Source of the DNA: Parcubacteria group bacterium
GTDB taxonomy: Bacteria > Patescibacteriota > JABMPQ01
Reading direction: 5' to 3'
NCBI GenBank assembly: GCA_013202585.1
Contig: JABMPQ010000072.1
Coordinates: forward strand, 5,729 to 37,728
Length of the DNA: 32,000 nucleotides
The translations under genes and the position numbers were made by a program. The notes beneath the pieces are model-generated. The model saw only the letters and a list, made by a program, of their open reading frames with translations. It did no database searches and was not told where the DNA came from. Of the stretch, positions 24,911 to 32,000 are shown piece by piece; positions within the stretch are counted from its first letter, which is position 1, and every line of letters starts with the position of its first letter.

Positions 24911-26095
24911 ATGAACATGGCACTGGAAGAAATTGCAGAACTAGTTGAGCTCGTTACGCGCATCCGGCGGCGGATGCACATGTGTCCCGCGCTACGATGG
25001 CAGGAAGACGAGACCCTGCAGTACCTCGAGGGACTATTCCTCGAAGTCTGCAACGGAAAGGACATCTTTCGCATCCGCCGCAAGAGGGGTGGAACATTGG
25101 TGGACATCAAGTTCGACTCGAACTTCTCCTGGGACGCCTGGCGGGCTGAAGTGGATGCCCTGCCGATTCAGGAGAACACCGGCCTGGAATTCGCCTCCAC
25201 CGTCGAGGGAGTGTCCCAGGCCTGCGGCCACGACTTCAGTCCAGCGATGGCGATGGGTGCCCTGTGGGCGCTCAGCCGGGACATTGTCCGGCCCACGCAT
25301 AACATCCGACTAATGCTGCAGCGAGCCGAAGAAAACCCAGGCGCGCCACCAGAGCCCCGTTCAGGTGGAGACATTCTGGTCAATGATGACGGTGCGCTAG
25401 AAGGGATGGATCGAGTGCATATTTTGCATATCCTTTCGACTCTCCCCCTCGGCGAATTCCACTCTCGGCAGGGGCCGCTCATGGGCTGTTCCGACCGGAT
25501 GGGCATCAAGTTCACTGCCACTGGCGGTCACGTCATGGAGCCGCATATCGGATCCAACGCCATGCAGATGCTCCAGGCAACAATGAACTACCTCGACAGC
25601 TTCGCCGCCCGCCACACCAGCCCCTTTGAGCCGCTGGTGATTGAGCCAACCAGCGCTGACTTTGGCGACGGCCAAAGCACCAGCAACATCCGTCCGGCAG
25701 ATGGCAGTGCCTGGTGGGCAGTGCGGCACATGCTGGATAGAGAGGGACAGACTCAGCTTCAGGTCGACCTCCGGGTGGGGATTGAGCAGGCACTGAGTAT
25801 ATTCCAGGAATCCGGAGTGGAAATCAACATGGTTGATGGTCACCCGACGACCACCAACTCCGATTTCCCTGAGGTCGCAGAAGTGCTGAAGAGCGCTGGT
25901 CTCGCTGTCGTGGAAGGCAAGCCGGAGCTAGGCGGCGATGACGCTGCCTACTATCTGCAAAAGTGCAGAGGCTCCTACTGGTTTCTGGGCGCTGGCGGTC
26001 CCGACTACGCCGGTCACCACACGGCCAAATTCGACCCCAACGAGAAAGCTCTGATCCACGGCGTTCAGTTCTGGCTGGCCATGGCCTCCCGCTAA
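24911..26095 (+). CDS. M20D-family amidohydrolase (N-acyl-amino-acid amidohydrolase / hippuricase-like)
   Basis: RRRMHMCPALRW, EVDALPIQE, QACGHD, QRAEE, GGDDAAYY and HHTAKFD track the conserved M20D motifs (RRxxHxxPEL, DMDALP, HACGHD, QPAEE, GxEDF, HHPxF). The purine-rich GGAAGGA lies just upstream, and the ATG at 24917 is an alternative start. Confidence 0.85.
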   Translation: MNMALEEIAELVELVTRIRRRMHMCPALRWQEDETLQYLEGLFLEVCNGKDIFRIRRKRGGTLVDIKFDSNFSWDAWRAEVDALPIQENTGLEFASTVEGVSQACGHDFSPAMAMGALWALSRDIVRPTHNIRLMLQRAEENPGAPPEPRSGGDILVNDDGALEGMDRVHILHILSTLPLGEFHSRQGPLMGCSDRMGIKFTATGGHVMEPHIGSNAMQMLQATMNYLDSFAARHTSPFEPLVIEPTSADFGDGQSTSNIRPADGSAWWAVRHMLDREGQTQLQVDLRVGIEQALSIFQESGVEINMVDGHPTTTNSDFPEVAEVLKSAGLAVVEGKPELGGDDAAYYLQKCRGSYWFLGAGGPDYAGHHTAKFDPNEKALIHGVQFWLAMASR

Positions 26096-26128
26096 AACCT
26101 ACCCGCACCTACCTATTGAAAACACAAA

Positions 26129-26163
26129 GCCCCGCGACTCTATCGAGACGCCGGGCTTTTTTT
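26129..26163 (+). terminator. Intrinsic terminator of the M20D gene (likely bidirectional)
   Basis: GCCCCGCGACTC-TATC-GAGACGCCGGGC forms an imperfect 12-bp GC-rich stem followed by T7. The minus-strand reading is followed by TTTGTGTTTTC. Confidence 0.6.
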
Positions 26164-26338
26164 ATTTGCGAAGCGAATGAGAGAAAAGCAAAATCTTTTT
26201 GCTTTTCCGAATGAGCAAGCAAACAAGAGACGAAGTCTCTTATTTGCGAAGTCCTGCCTGCCGGCAGGGAGTGAGATCCCGATCTGATCGGGACGAACGA
26301 ACAAGCAAACAAGGGGCGAAGCCCCTTATTTGCGCAAG
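26164..26338. repeat. Array of at least five hairpins, including two 29-nt paralogous hairpins (26219-26247, 26305-26333) and a thrice-repeated TTATTTGCG(A/C)AAG motif
   Basis: Hairpins at 26183-26207 (11 bp), 26219-26247, about 26255-26268 (CCTGCCGGCAGG), about 26277-26293 (TCCCGATC/GATCGGGA) and 26305-26333. See findings. Confidence 0.6.
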
Positions 26339-26343
26339 ATAAT

Positions 26344-27276
26344 TTAAACTTTCACTCCCATTAAATAACTCATCACCGCCAACATCGATTCCATGTGGAG
26401 CTCTTTGTTGGAGTAAATAGCACGTGAATCCGGATCAACATCGCGTTCAATCTCGAAAATCAGCGGGGTGAGCATATCGAGGAATGCATCTGACCGTAAT
26501 TTCTTCATATGGTCAGTGGTAATTGGCTTATACTTTTTCAGGATCGTTTCCTCTTTTTCTTTGGGAAATTTATCGTCAGGAATAATACCTTTTTGCAAGC
26601 CCCGGGTAACTAACAGATAATCAACTTCGCCGATAAAATCATCCAATTTACCATACTCTAGCTTTTTCAGGCCATTTTTCTTAGCTTGTTCTTCTACATC
26701 TTTCGGCAGCGGAAACTCACCAAAATCATCAATATATAATTCGATACCAAAGTGGCCCATAATTGGCACCATTGCTTTACAACAACGATTTATTTCTGGT
26801 GTACCGTAAATTCCAACCTTTAAGCCTTCAACTCGCTTTAGATAATGATAAACATTAACCAGCATCATCGCTGCGGCCACCGCGTGCTCTTTGGAACCAC
26901 TGCCACCGTTGACCACCGGCACGCGTGATACTTTAGCCGCTCGCTCGGCCGAGTCTTCATCGGGATGACGGAGAACAATTACATCAGCATAGCCAGAATA
27001 AGTCCGCACAGTGTCTTCTAGACTCTCTCCTTTTTCCATCGAGAGACCCTCTTCTCCCATTACGCCAACCCAGCCACCGCCAGCTTTTAACATCGTAGCT
27101 TGCGCGGAAGTCATCGTGCGCGTCGAGGGTTGGAAAAATAAAGTGGCGACCACTTTGCCGGTCATTAAATCAGTTGGGATACCTTCCCTGATAAATTTGT
27201 CCGCTCGCTTAAAAATTTCCTCGTAGCCAGCTTTGTCGATGTCCTTGGAATACACTAGGTGTTTTGGTTTGGCCAT
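26344..27276 (-). CDS. Divergent aspartate/ornithine carbamoyltransferase-fold protein
   Basis: FFQPSTRTMTS (STRTR-like), KGESLEDTVRT, VLRHP and TRGLQKG are retained. The HPTQ and HPLPR regions are replaced by EHAVA and LTPLIF. Confidence 0.7.
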   Translation of the reverse strand: MAKPKHLVYSKDIDKAGYEEIFKRADKFIREGIPTDLMTGKVVATLFFQPSTRTMTSAQATMLKAGGGWVGVMGEEGLSMEKGESLEDTVRTYSGYADVIVLRHPDEDSAERAAKVSRVPVVNGGSGSKEHAVAAAMMLVNVYHYLKRVEGLKVGIYGTPEINRCCKAMVPIMGHFGIELYIDDFGEFPLPKDVEEQAKKNGLKKLEYGKLDDFIGEVDYLLVTRGLQKGIIPDDKFPKEKEETILKKYKPITTDHMKKLRSDAFLDMLTPLIFEIERDVDPDSRAIYSNKELHMESMLAVMSYLMGVKV

Positions 27277-27349
27277 AGTTTTTTGTTAATTATGGTGAGC
27301 TTGTCGAGCCATTTATGTTAATTTTCGCACAATACCTTGGTCGGCGTCA

Positions 27350-27420
27350 ACTGCCAATTTTGCCTAAAACTTGTTTTGGTTGCAAAATCGAGTACCCCGA
27401 TGAGCGTAGCGACATCGGGA
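27350..27420. repeat. Conserved 71-nt intergenic element, copy 1
   Basis: 64/71 identical to 30271-30341. Contains two hairpins (ATTTTGC...GCAAAAT and CCCGATG-N10-CATCGGG). Begins immediately after a swivel-protein stop codon. Confidence 0.7.
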
Positions 27421-28722
27421 CTAGTTTATTTTCTTCACTATTCCTTGTTTAGCATCCACTTCTACCCGATCACCATCTTTCAGCGCCTGGGTCGCGATTT
27501 TCGTTCCAATCACACAGGGTTTTTTCATCTCCCGAGCAAGAATAGCAGCGTGGCAGGTAATCCCGCCCTCATCAGTAACAAAAGCGGCTGCCTTATTCAT
27601 GGCTACGATATAGGCAGGAATGGTCATGGGCGTGACTAATATGTCTCCTTCTGTCACCTTATCAACTTCGCGCGGATTATTTACCACTTTTACCGTCCCC
27701 TTAGCCTTCCCTGGCCAGGCTATATTTCCCTTAATTTCATTTGTCCCGGTCTCTTGCCTTGAAATAATTACTGGATGATCAAATACAGCGATGTCATTAT
27801 AGTACTTTATAATAGCTGACCGCGTTGGGTCTCGCTTAGTAATAATTTTTCCACTCTGAATATCGCTAGGTATGCAGTCTCGCACAGATTCAACCCCCAA
27901 TGCCTCTGCTGCTCGCTCAAATATCGGCTGAGCCAGGTAATATAACTCATATAGAGCATCGGTGCGAAAAGTGCGCAAGAACACTAATTCTTGCAACTCA
28001 GCCACTAAATCACGTAGCGATTGCGGTATATCCGGCTGTTTTATTTTTTCGGCTGGCTTGGCTGACACTTCTTGTTGAATTTTTTTCATCTCCGCCCGAC
28101 TAAAGCCAGGGGCAAAACCTCCTTCAATCCGGGTCTTCATCCAGGCATATTCTTGGTGTAGTTCTTCTAAGCTTACTCCCTGGCGAATATCATCTTCCAT
28201 CAAATTATGCGCGGTTTTTTTCAAGGGCTTGCTGATATCACCAATAAATTTTTCCGCCTCTGCTTCAACAACGAACTCTTTAGCTTTCTCGTTGGCAATA
28301 GGGATGTAATATTCTTCACAGCCATGGGCGACCCAAATGTAAACATTAAAAGGCGAAATCAAATTAACCACCTGTCGATACAATTCTACTGGATTTGTTT
28401 GTTTATCAGCTATTAGCTGAGGAATTTTTGCTTTAATTTCTCGGTATGAATCTTCGCATTGTTTAGTGAGAACAAAAATGTCAGTTTTTTGTAGATATCT
28501 TCCGGCTTCCTCCGCTGCCGCCTTAATCATTTCTGGACAACGGTACCAAGTATAAGAGTCGTAAGCAACGATGGGATACTCGCCATCAATACCTTGAGTT
28601 TTAAAAGCTGCTCGGGTGGCATTCTCGAACATCATATAGGTAACCAAAAAAGCGTAGGGACGGTGAAGCCAGACTTCCCAGTCCATGGCTGTTATTTTCT
28701 CTTTTACTTGTTCTTTATTCAT
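27421..28722 (-). CDS. PEP-utilising-enzyme mobile (swivel phosphohistidine) domain protein with an uncharacterised helical N-terminal region (paralogue P1)
   Basis: C-terminal [22 protein letters not shown] fits the PEP-utilisers phosphohistidine signature. The protein ends about 25 aa after this domain. The start overlaps the P2 stop (ATGA). Confidence 0.8.
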   Translation of the reverse strand: MNKEQVKEKITAMDWEVWLHRPYAFLVTYMMFENATRAAFKTQGIDGEYPIVAYDSYTWYRCPEMIKAAAEEAGRYLQKTDIFVLTKQCEDSYREIKAKIPQLIADKQTNPVELYRQVVNLISPFNVYIWVAHGCEEYYIPIANEKAKEFVVEAEAEKFIGDISKPLKKTAHNLMEDDIRQGVSLEELHQEYAWMKTRIEGGFAPGFSRAEMKKIQQEVSAKPAEKIKQPDIPQSLRDLVAELQELVFLRTFRTDALYELYYLAQPIFERAAEALGVESVRDCIPSDIQSGKIITKRDPTRSAIIKYYNDIAVFDHPVIISRQETGTNEIKGNIAWPGKAKGTVKVVNNPREVDKVTEGDILVTPMTIPAYIVAMNKAAAFVTDEGGITCHAAILAREMKKPCVIGTKIATQALKDGDRVEVDAKQGIVKKIN

Positions 28723-30248
28723 ATCTTCTTAGCTATGCCTTTACTGGCATCCACCTCTACTCTATCGCCAGTTTGGAAAGCTTTGGTGGCAATTTTGGTG
28801 CCAATAATACAGGGTATTTTTAGCTCGCGTGATACTACGGCGGCATGGCTGGTGATCCCGCCTTGTTCCGTCACGATGGCGGCCGCTTTTTTCATGACGG
28901 GGACAAAATCAGGAGTAGTTTGGTTAGCGACTAAAATCTCACCTACTTGAAATTTTATCATATCCGCTTTTGACTTTATTACTCGGACAATCCCGGTAGC
29001 TTTACCCAAAGAAGCCCCGACACCACGCAACTCCTTAACATCCTCAGATTGCTGCTGCTCTAGATGAACAAAATACTTGTTCGCAGCAGTGCCAGCGACA
29101 ACATAGTAACCAGCCGGCGTAACAGCGTAGAATATTTGGTCTTTCCGCGCCGCAATTTTCTTTAGCAAGTCCCGATCGCCTGACAACACTTCGCACACTT
29201 CTTCGAACACCAAAAATGTCATGTCTTTAGTCGTAATTCCTGCTCGACCACCAATCTCCGCTAAAAATTTCTCAAAATGAGACATCCCCACATAGACTCC
29301 ACTTTTACGCACGTCCTTCCATTCGGTAAACAGGTCAGAGATTTGTAAAACATTACGGTGAAACTCATCAAGAGGTAGATTAGCCAAGACCTGCTGTCGT
29401 TTTTCCTCATAATCTTTTATTTCTCGTTGCTTCTTCTGATATCGGTCAGCTAAATTTTTACCCTCACTTACCAGCTGTTTCAATCTGTCATAAAAATCGG
29501 CCAGGCTAATAATTTCCGCCTGATAGTAATTATTTGCCATCCAATAATATTTCTGGCGGTGTTTTTGTAAAGATTTGTATAATTTAGGCGATTCTTTTTC
29601 TAAAACTTTGCGATCCGGCAATTTACTACCATAGTGCTCACTGAATTTTACTGCCAAGCCCAATAAATCAAATTCTTCTTCGATCGTGAAAGATAAAAAT
29701 CCCGGCGAGAGCAAAATCCGCAAGATTTCATCACGATCGCCAGTAACTTCCATTTCGGCCAACGCCTCCCGAAACATTTCCTCCAACCAATCCGTCTCGC
29801 CCGTTGACATAAAAGAATCAGCTAAATAAGCGGCGGCGCCCGCACCTAAATATAGTTGATAGAATTCCTTAAAGTCTCGGATCAACTCTTCGTCAGTCAA
29901 TTTACCTAGATTTTTATCCAACAGTTCCTCTGAACAATTTATGTACTCAGCCCAGTCAGCCTGCCAAGCGCGGTAACGTTGCATGACGTGCTCTGTTCCT
30001 TGCCGAGCTTCTTCCACCACCCAGTCCTTAACTTTCACCAAGCTTTCTTGATCCAGAAACCACTGCGCTTGCTCGCCTTTAATAAAACAAAAACAAAATT
30101 TATAAGGGATGGGGATTACCTGGGCGAACCGAAAAACCTCCGTTTCCGAAGAAGCAAACAAAGTAAAAACTTTGCTTTCAAATGACTTGTTGTATTGCTC
30201 CCCCACTTTAGCCACTACATCTAGGGGAAACTTGGTCAGTTTTTTCAT
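28719..30248 (-). CDS. PEP-utilising-enzyme mobile domain protein, paralogue P2
   Basis: C-terminal GGITSHAAVVSRELKIPCIIGT. The N-terminal region shares QKYYWM and EWKDVRK blocks with P3. Confidence 0.8.
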   Translation of the reverse strand: MKKLTKFPLDVVAKVGEQYNKSFESKVFTLFASSETEVFRFAQVIPIPYKFCFCFIKGEQAQWFLDQESLVKVKDWVVEEARQGTEHVMQRYRAWQADWAEYINCSEELLDKNLGKLTDEELIRDFKEFYQLYLGAGAAAYLADSFMSTGETDWLEEMFREALAEMEVTGDRDEILRILLSPGFLSFTIEEEFDLLGLAVKFSEHYGSKLPDRKVLEKESPKLYKSLQKHRQKYYWMANNYYQAEIISLADFYDRLKQLVSEGKNLADRYQKKQREIKDYEEKRQQVLANLPLDEFHRNVLQISDLFTEWKDVRKSGVYVGMSHFEKFLAEIGGRAGITTKDMTFLVFEEVCEVLSGDRDLLKKIAARKDQIFYAVTPAGYYVVAGTAANKYFVHLEQQQSEDVKELRGVGASLGKATGIVRVIKSKADMIKFQVGEILVANQTTPDFVPVMKKAAAIVTEQGGITSHAAVVSRELKIPCIIGTKIATKAFQTGDRVEVDASKGIAKKI

Positions 30249-30270
30249 ATTGATCAGCTATAATTTTTTT

Positions 30271-30341
30271 ACTGCCAATTTTGCCCAAAACTTGTTTTGG
30301 CTGCAAAATTGAGCATCCCGATGAGCAAAGCGACATCGGGA
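30271..30341. repeat. Conserved 71-nt intergenic element, copy 2
   Basis: 64/71 identical to 27350-27420. Lies between the P3 stop (30342) and the P2 start (30248). Confidence 0.7.
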
Positions 30342-31781
30342 TTAACCCATTTTCTTTACTGATCCTTTGTCAGCGTCTATCTTTATTCTATCACCATCCT
30401 TCAAGGTAGCGGTAGCCGTTTGCACTCCTACTAGGCAAGGAATCTTCAGCTCACGCGCTACGATCGCCGCATGACAAGTCAAACCCCCTTCATCAGTCAC
30501 AATCCCACCTGCTTTTTTCATTATCGGTAAATAATCCGGCCGGGTCATAACTGCTACAATAATATCGCCCTCTTTTACCTTAGAAAAATCATCTCTAGTC
30601 AAAACAACTCGCACTTCTCCTTGTACCACCCCTGAGCTGGCGCACATTCCCTTAATGTCATCCTGACGCAAAGATTCTGCAAGCAAATTAGTTAATTTTT
30701 CCGCCTCCTGATCGTAAAAACGATACCACTCACCCATTTTAGGTCCATAGCCATAAACTATGCCAGCTTGTCTCTTCTTCAGCTCTTTGGCAATACCAGC
30801 CGGCAACTGCCAGCCCTTAATATCCCATAAATTAAGGAAATGGAGTAACTCCAGCTCGATCTTATTAACCTTACTAAGCCTCTCCAAAATTTGATACAGA
30901 TAATGATTAATAATACAGATGCTTTTTTTGCGCACGTCTCGCCACTCAGTCATTTGCGAGAATAAATAAAAAACATTTTGCAATGACTGACTGATATTTT
31001 TAGACTTTTGCAATGCTACTTTTTGCTCGGCGACATGCTGCAAATCTTTATTAATTTTATCTACTTCGCCAACACGCTGATCGATTTTTTTAACATCCTG
31101 CTCGATTTTTTCTCTAAAATCGTCAATGGTTAGTCTAGCCACTTCGTGCCAATTACTTCCTAGCCAAAAATATTTCTGCTGATGATTTGCTAGCTGCTTG
31201 GCAGTATCCTTACCAGCTTTATAATCCTGAGCTATCTGAACTCGGGCAATAAGTTCCTGCTGTTGCTCCGTTGGACTATCGGGACTGATCAAAATGGCGA
31301 TTTCTTCGCTAGATAGTTCTACTTTTTCCTTAGCGACCAATTCAGTCAATATTTTATCACCCTCGGGATCAAATACTTCAATTACCAAAGCTACAATCCA
31401 GCTATCCAAAGACAATTTAGTAATTTCTTTTAGGTTGTCGGTAAGCTCCTGATCACTCCAATCCGCTACTGGCCGACTGAATTTGGCCTGCAATAAATCC
31501 ATCATCTGGCCATCAAGAGCCTGCCACTGCTTGATCTTGTCATCTATGTAATCTCTACTCTTCTCAGCTTTTTTTATGATTTCTCTAGCCTTTTTCGTTT
31601 CTTCGTCTCTATTGAAATAGGCAATATTCTCCCGACCTATTTGGGTAGTAATGCAATTATCGTATCCTAATAGTTTATAGATTGATTTATAGGGCCGAAA
31701 ACTATAGAAAAAACTGAACTCACCCCCTTGGCGATACCAGTTTTTTGCTTTAATATTTTCGGCTAACTCTGCGTATTTCAT
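30342..31781 (-). CDS. PEP-utilising-enzyme mobile domain protein, paralogue P3
   Basis: C-terminal [22 protein letters not shown]. Carries QKYFWL and EWRDVRK blocks. The start overlaps the P4 stop (ATGA). Confidence 0.8.
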   Translation of the reverse strand: MKYAELAENIKAKNWYRQGGEFSFFYSFRPYKSIYKLLGYDNCITTQIGRENIAYFNRDEETKKAREIIKKAEKSRDYIDDKIKQWQALDGQMMDLLQAKFSRPVADWSDQELTDNLKEITKLSLDSWIVALVIEVFDPEGDKILTELVAKEKVELSSEEIAILISPDSPTEQQQELIARVQIAQDYKAGKDTAKQLANHQQKYFWLGSNWHEVARLTIDDFREKIEQDVKKIDQRVGEVDKINKDLQHVAEQKVALQKSKNISQSLQNVFYLFSQMTEWRDVRKKSICIINHYLYQILERLSKVNKIELELLHFLNLWDIKGWQLPAGIAKELKKRQAGIVYGYGPKMGEWYRFYDQEAEKLTNLLAESLRQDDIKGMCASSGVVQGEVRVVLTRDDFSKVKEGDIIVAVMTRPDYLPIMKKAGGIVTDEGGLTCHAAIVARELKIPCLVGVQTATATLKDGDRIKIDADKGSVKKMG

Positions 31782-32000
31782 TTTAATTCTCTTACTACTC
31801 CATGATTGGCCCGCACCTCGATCTGCATCCCGTCCCGAAAGACTTTGGTCGCTTTTTTAGTGCCAATGACGGTTGGAATATTAAGCTCGCGCGCCACAAT
31901 CGCGGCGTGGCAAGTAATCCCACCCTCGTCAGTCACAATGGCGGCCGCTTTTTTCAAAGCGGGCATAAATTCCGGCCTAGTCATCGAGGCAACGATAATA
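31778..32000 (-). CDS. PEP-utilising-enzyme mobile domain protein, paralogue P4 (C-terminal fragment; gene continues beyond the window)
   Basis: [22 protein letters not shown]. The frame stays open upstream of the track Met (…[11 protein letters not shown], compare [12 protein letters not shown] in P3). Confidence 0.75.
   Translation of the reverse strand, partial: IIVASMTRPEFMPALKKAAAIVTDEGGITCHAAIVARELNIPTVIGTKKATKVFRDGMQIEVRANHGVVRELK

Noticed and set aside
24814-26312. Many long overlapping ORFs on both strands (for example 24945-25313+, 25034-25300-, 25168-25521-, 25397-25843-, 25533-25793-, 25824-26108-, 25963-26214+, 26109-26312-, 24814-25110-)
   Set aside because: They are Arg/Pro/Ala-rich translations with no motifs, nested inside or antisense to the well-supported M20D gene or running through the hairpin array. 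This is the expected artefact of stop-codon-poor GC-rich DNA.
26160-26340. CRISPR array or guanidine-II (mini-ykkC) riboswitch hairpins
   Set aside because: The repeat motif is only about 13 nt with irregular 78 and 86 nt spacing and no cas genes. The hairpin loops are GAA/UUC triloops, not the ACGR tetraloops of mini-ykkC.
1-32000. Scan for tRNA, rRNA, tmRNA, CRISPR, transposase, integrase and recombinase genes
   Set aside because: I recognised none by eye, including no T-loop GGTTCGA-type strings in the intergenic gaps. A proper tRNAscan, Infernal or ISfinder run could still find small elements that I missed.

Overview
AT-rich (about 40% GC by hand counts), tightly packed, mostly Shine-Dalgarno-less sequence with nearly every gene on the minus strand. 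Gene content suggests a streamlined bacterium, possibly Candidate Phyla Radiation/Patescibacteria (inference only; no rRNA or tRNA in the window). From the left: (i) an accessory or defence-type stretch (1-7435) with MazG-like, Fic, BRO-N/DinD-like, SemiSWEET, cytidine deaminase and SAM methyltransferase genes, plus an MvaI/BcnI-type R-M pair that carries two very AT-rich unknown genes; (ii) a group-3b-like [NiFe]-hydrogenase cluster (beta, gamma, HypC, delta) that is interrupted and has no catalytic large subunit in the window; (iii) two convergent unknown genes with perfect AGGAGG ribosome-binding sites; (iv) housekeeping genes (DsbA-like, GldA/F/G-type ABC system, presenilin-type protease, NnrD, phosphoesterase); (v) a roughly 60% GC M20D amidohydrolase on the opposite strand, probably horizontally acquired, followed by a multi-hairpin array; (vi) a divergent transcarbamylase-fold gene and four tandem paralogues that each end in a PEP-utilising swivel phosphohistidine domain. 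Element (vi) is my best candidate for an undescribed system. Two non-coding repeat families stand out: a 110-137 nt ERIC/MITE-like imperfect palindrome (3 copies) whose G:U pairs favour one strand, and a 71-nt element (2 copies, 64/71 identical) better conserved than the adjacent coding DNA. I recognised no CRISPR array, transposase, integrase, tRNA or rRNA.
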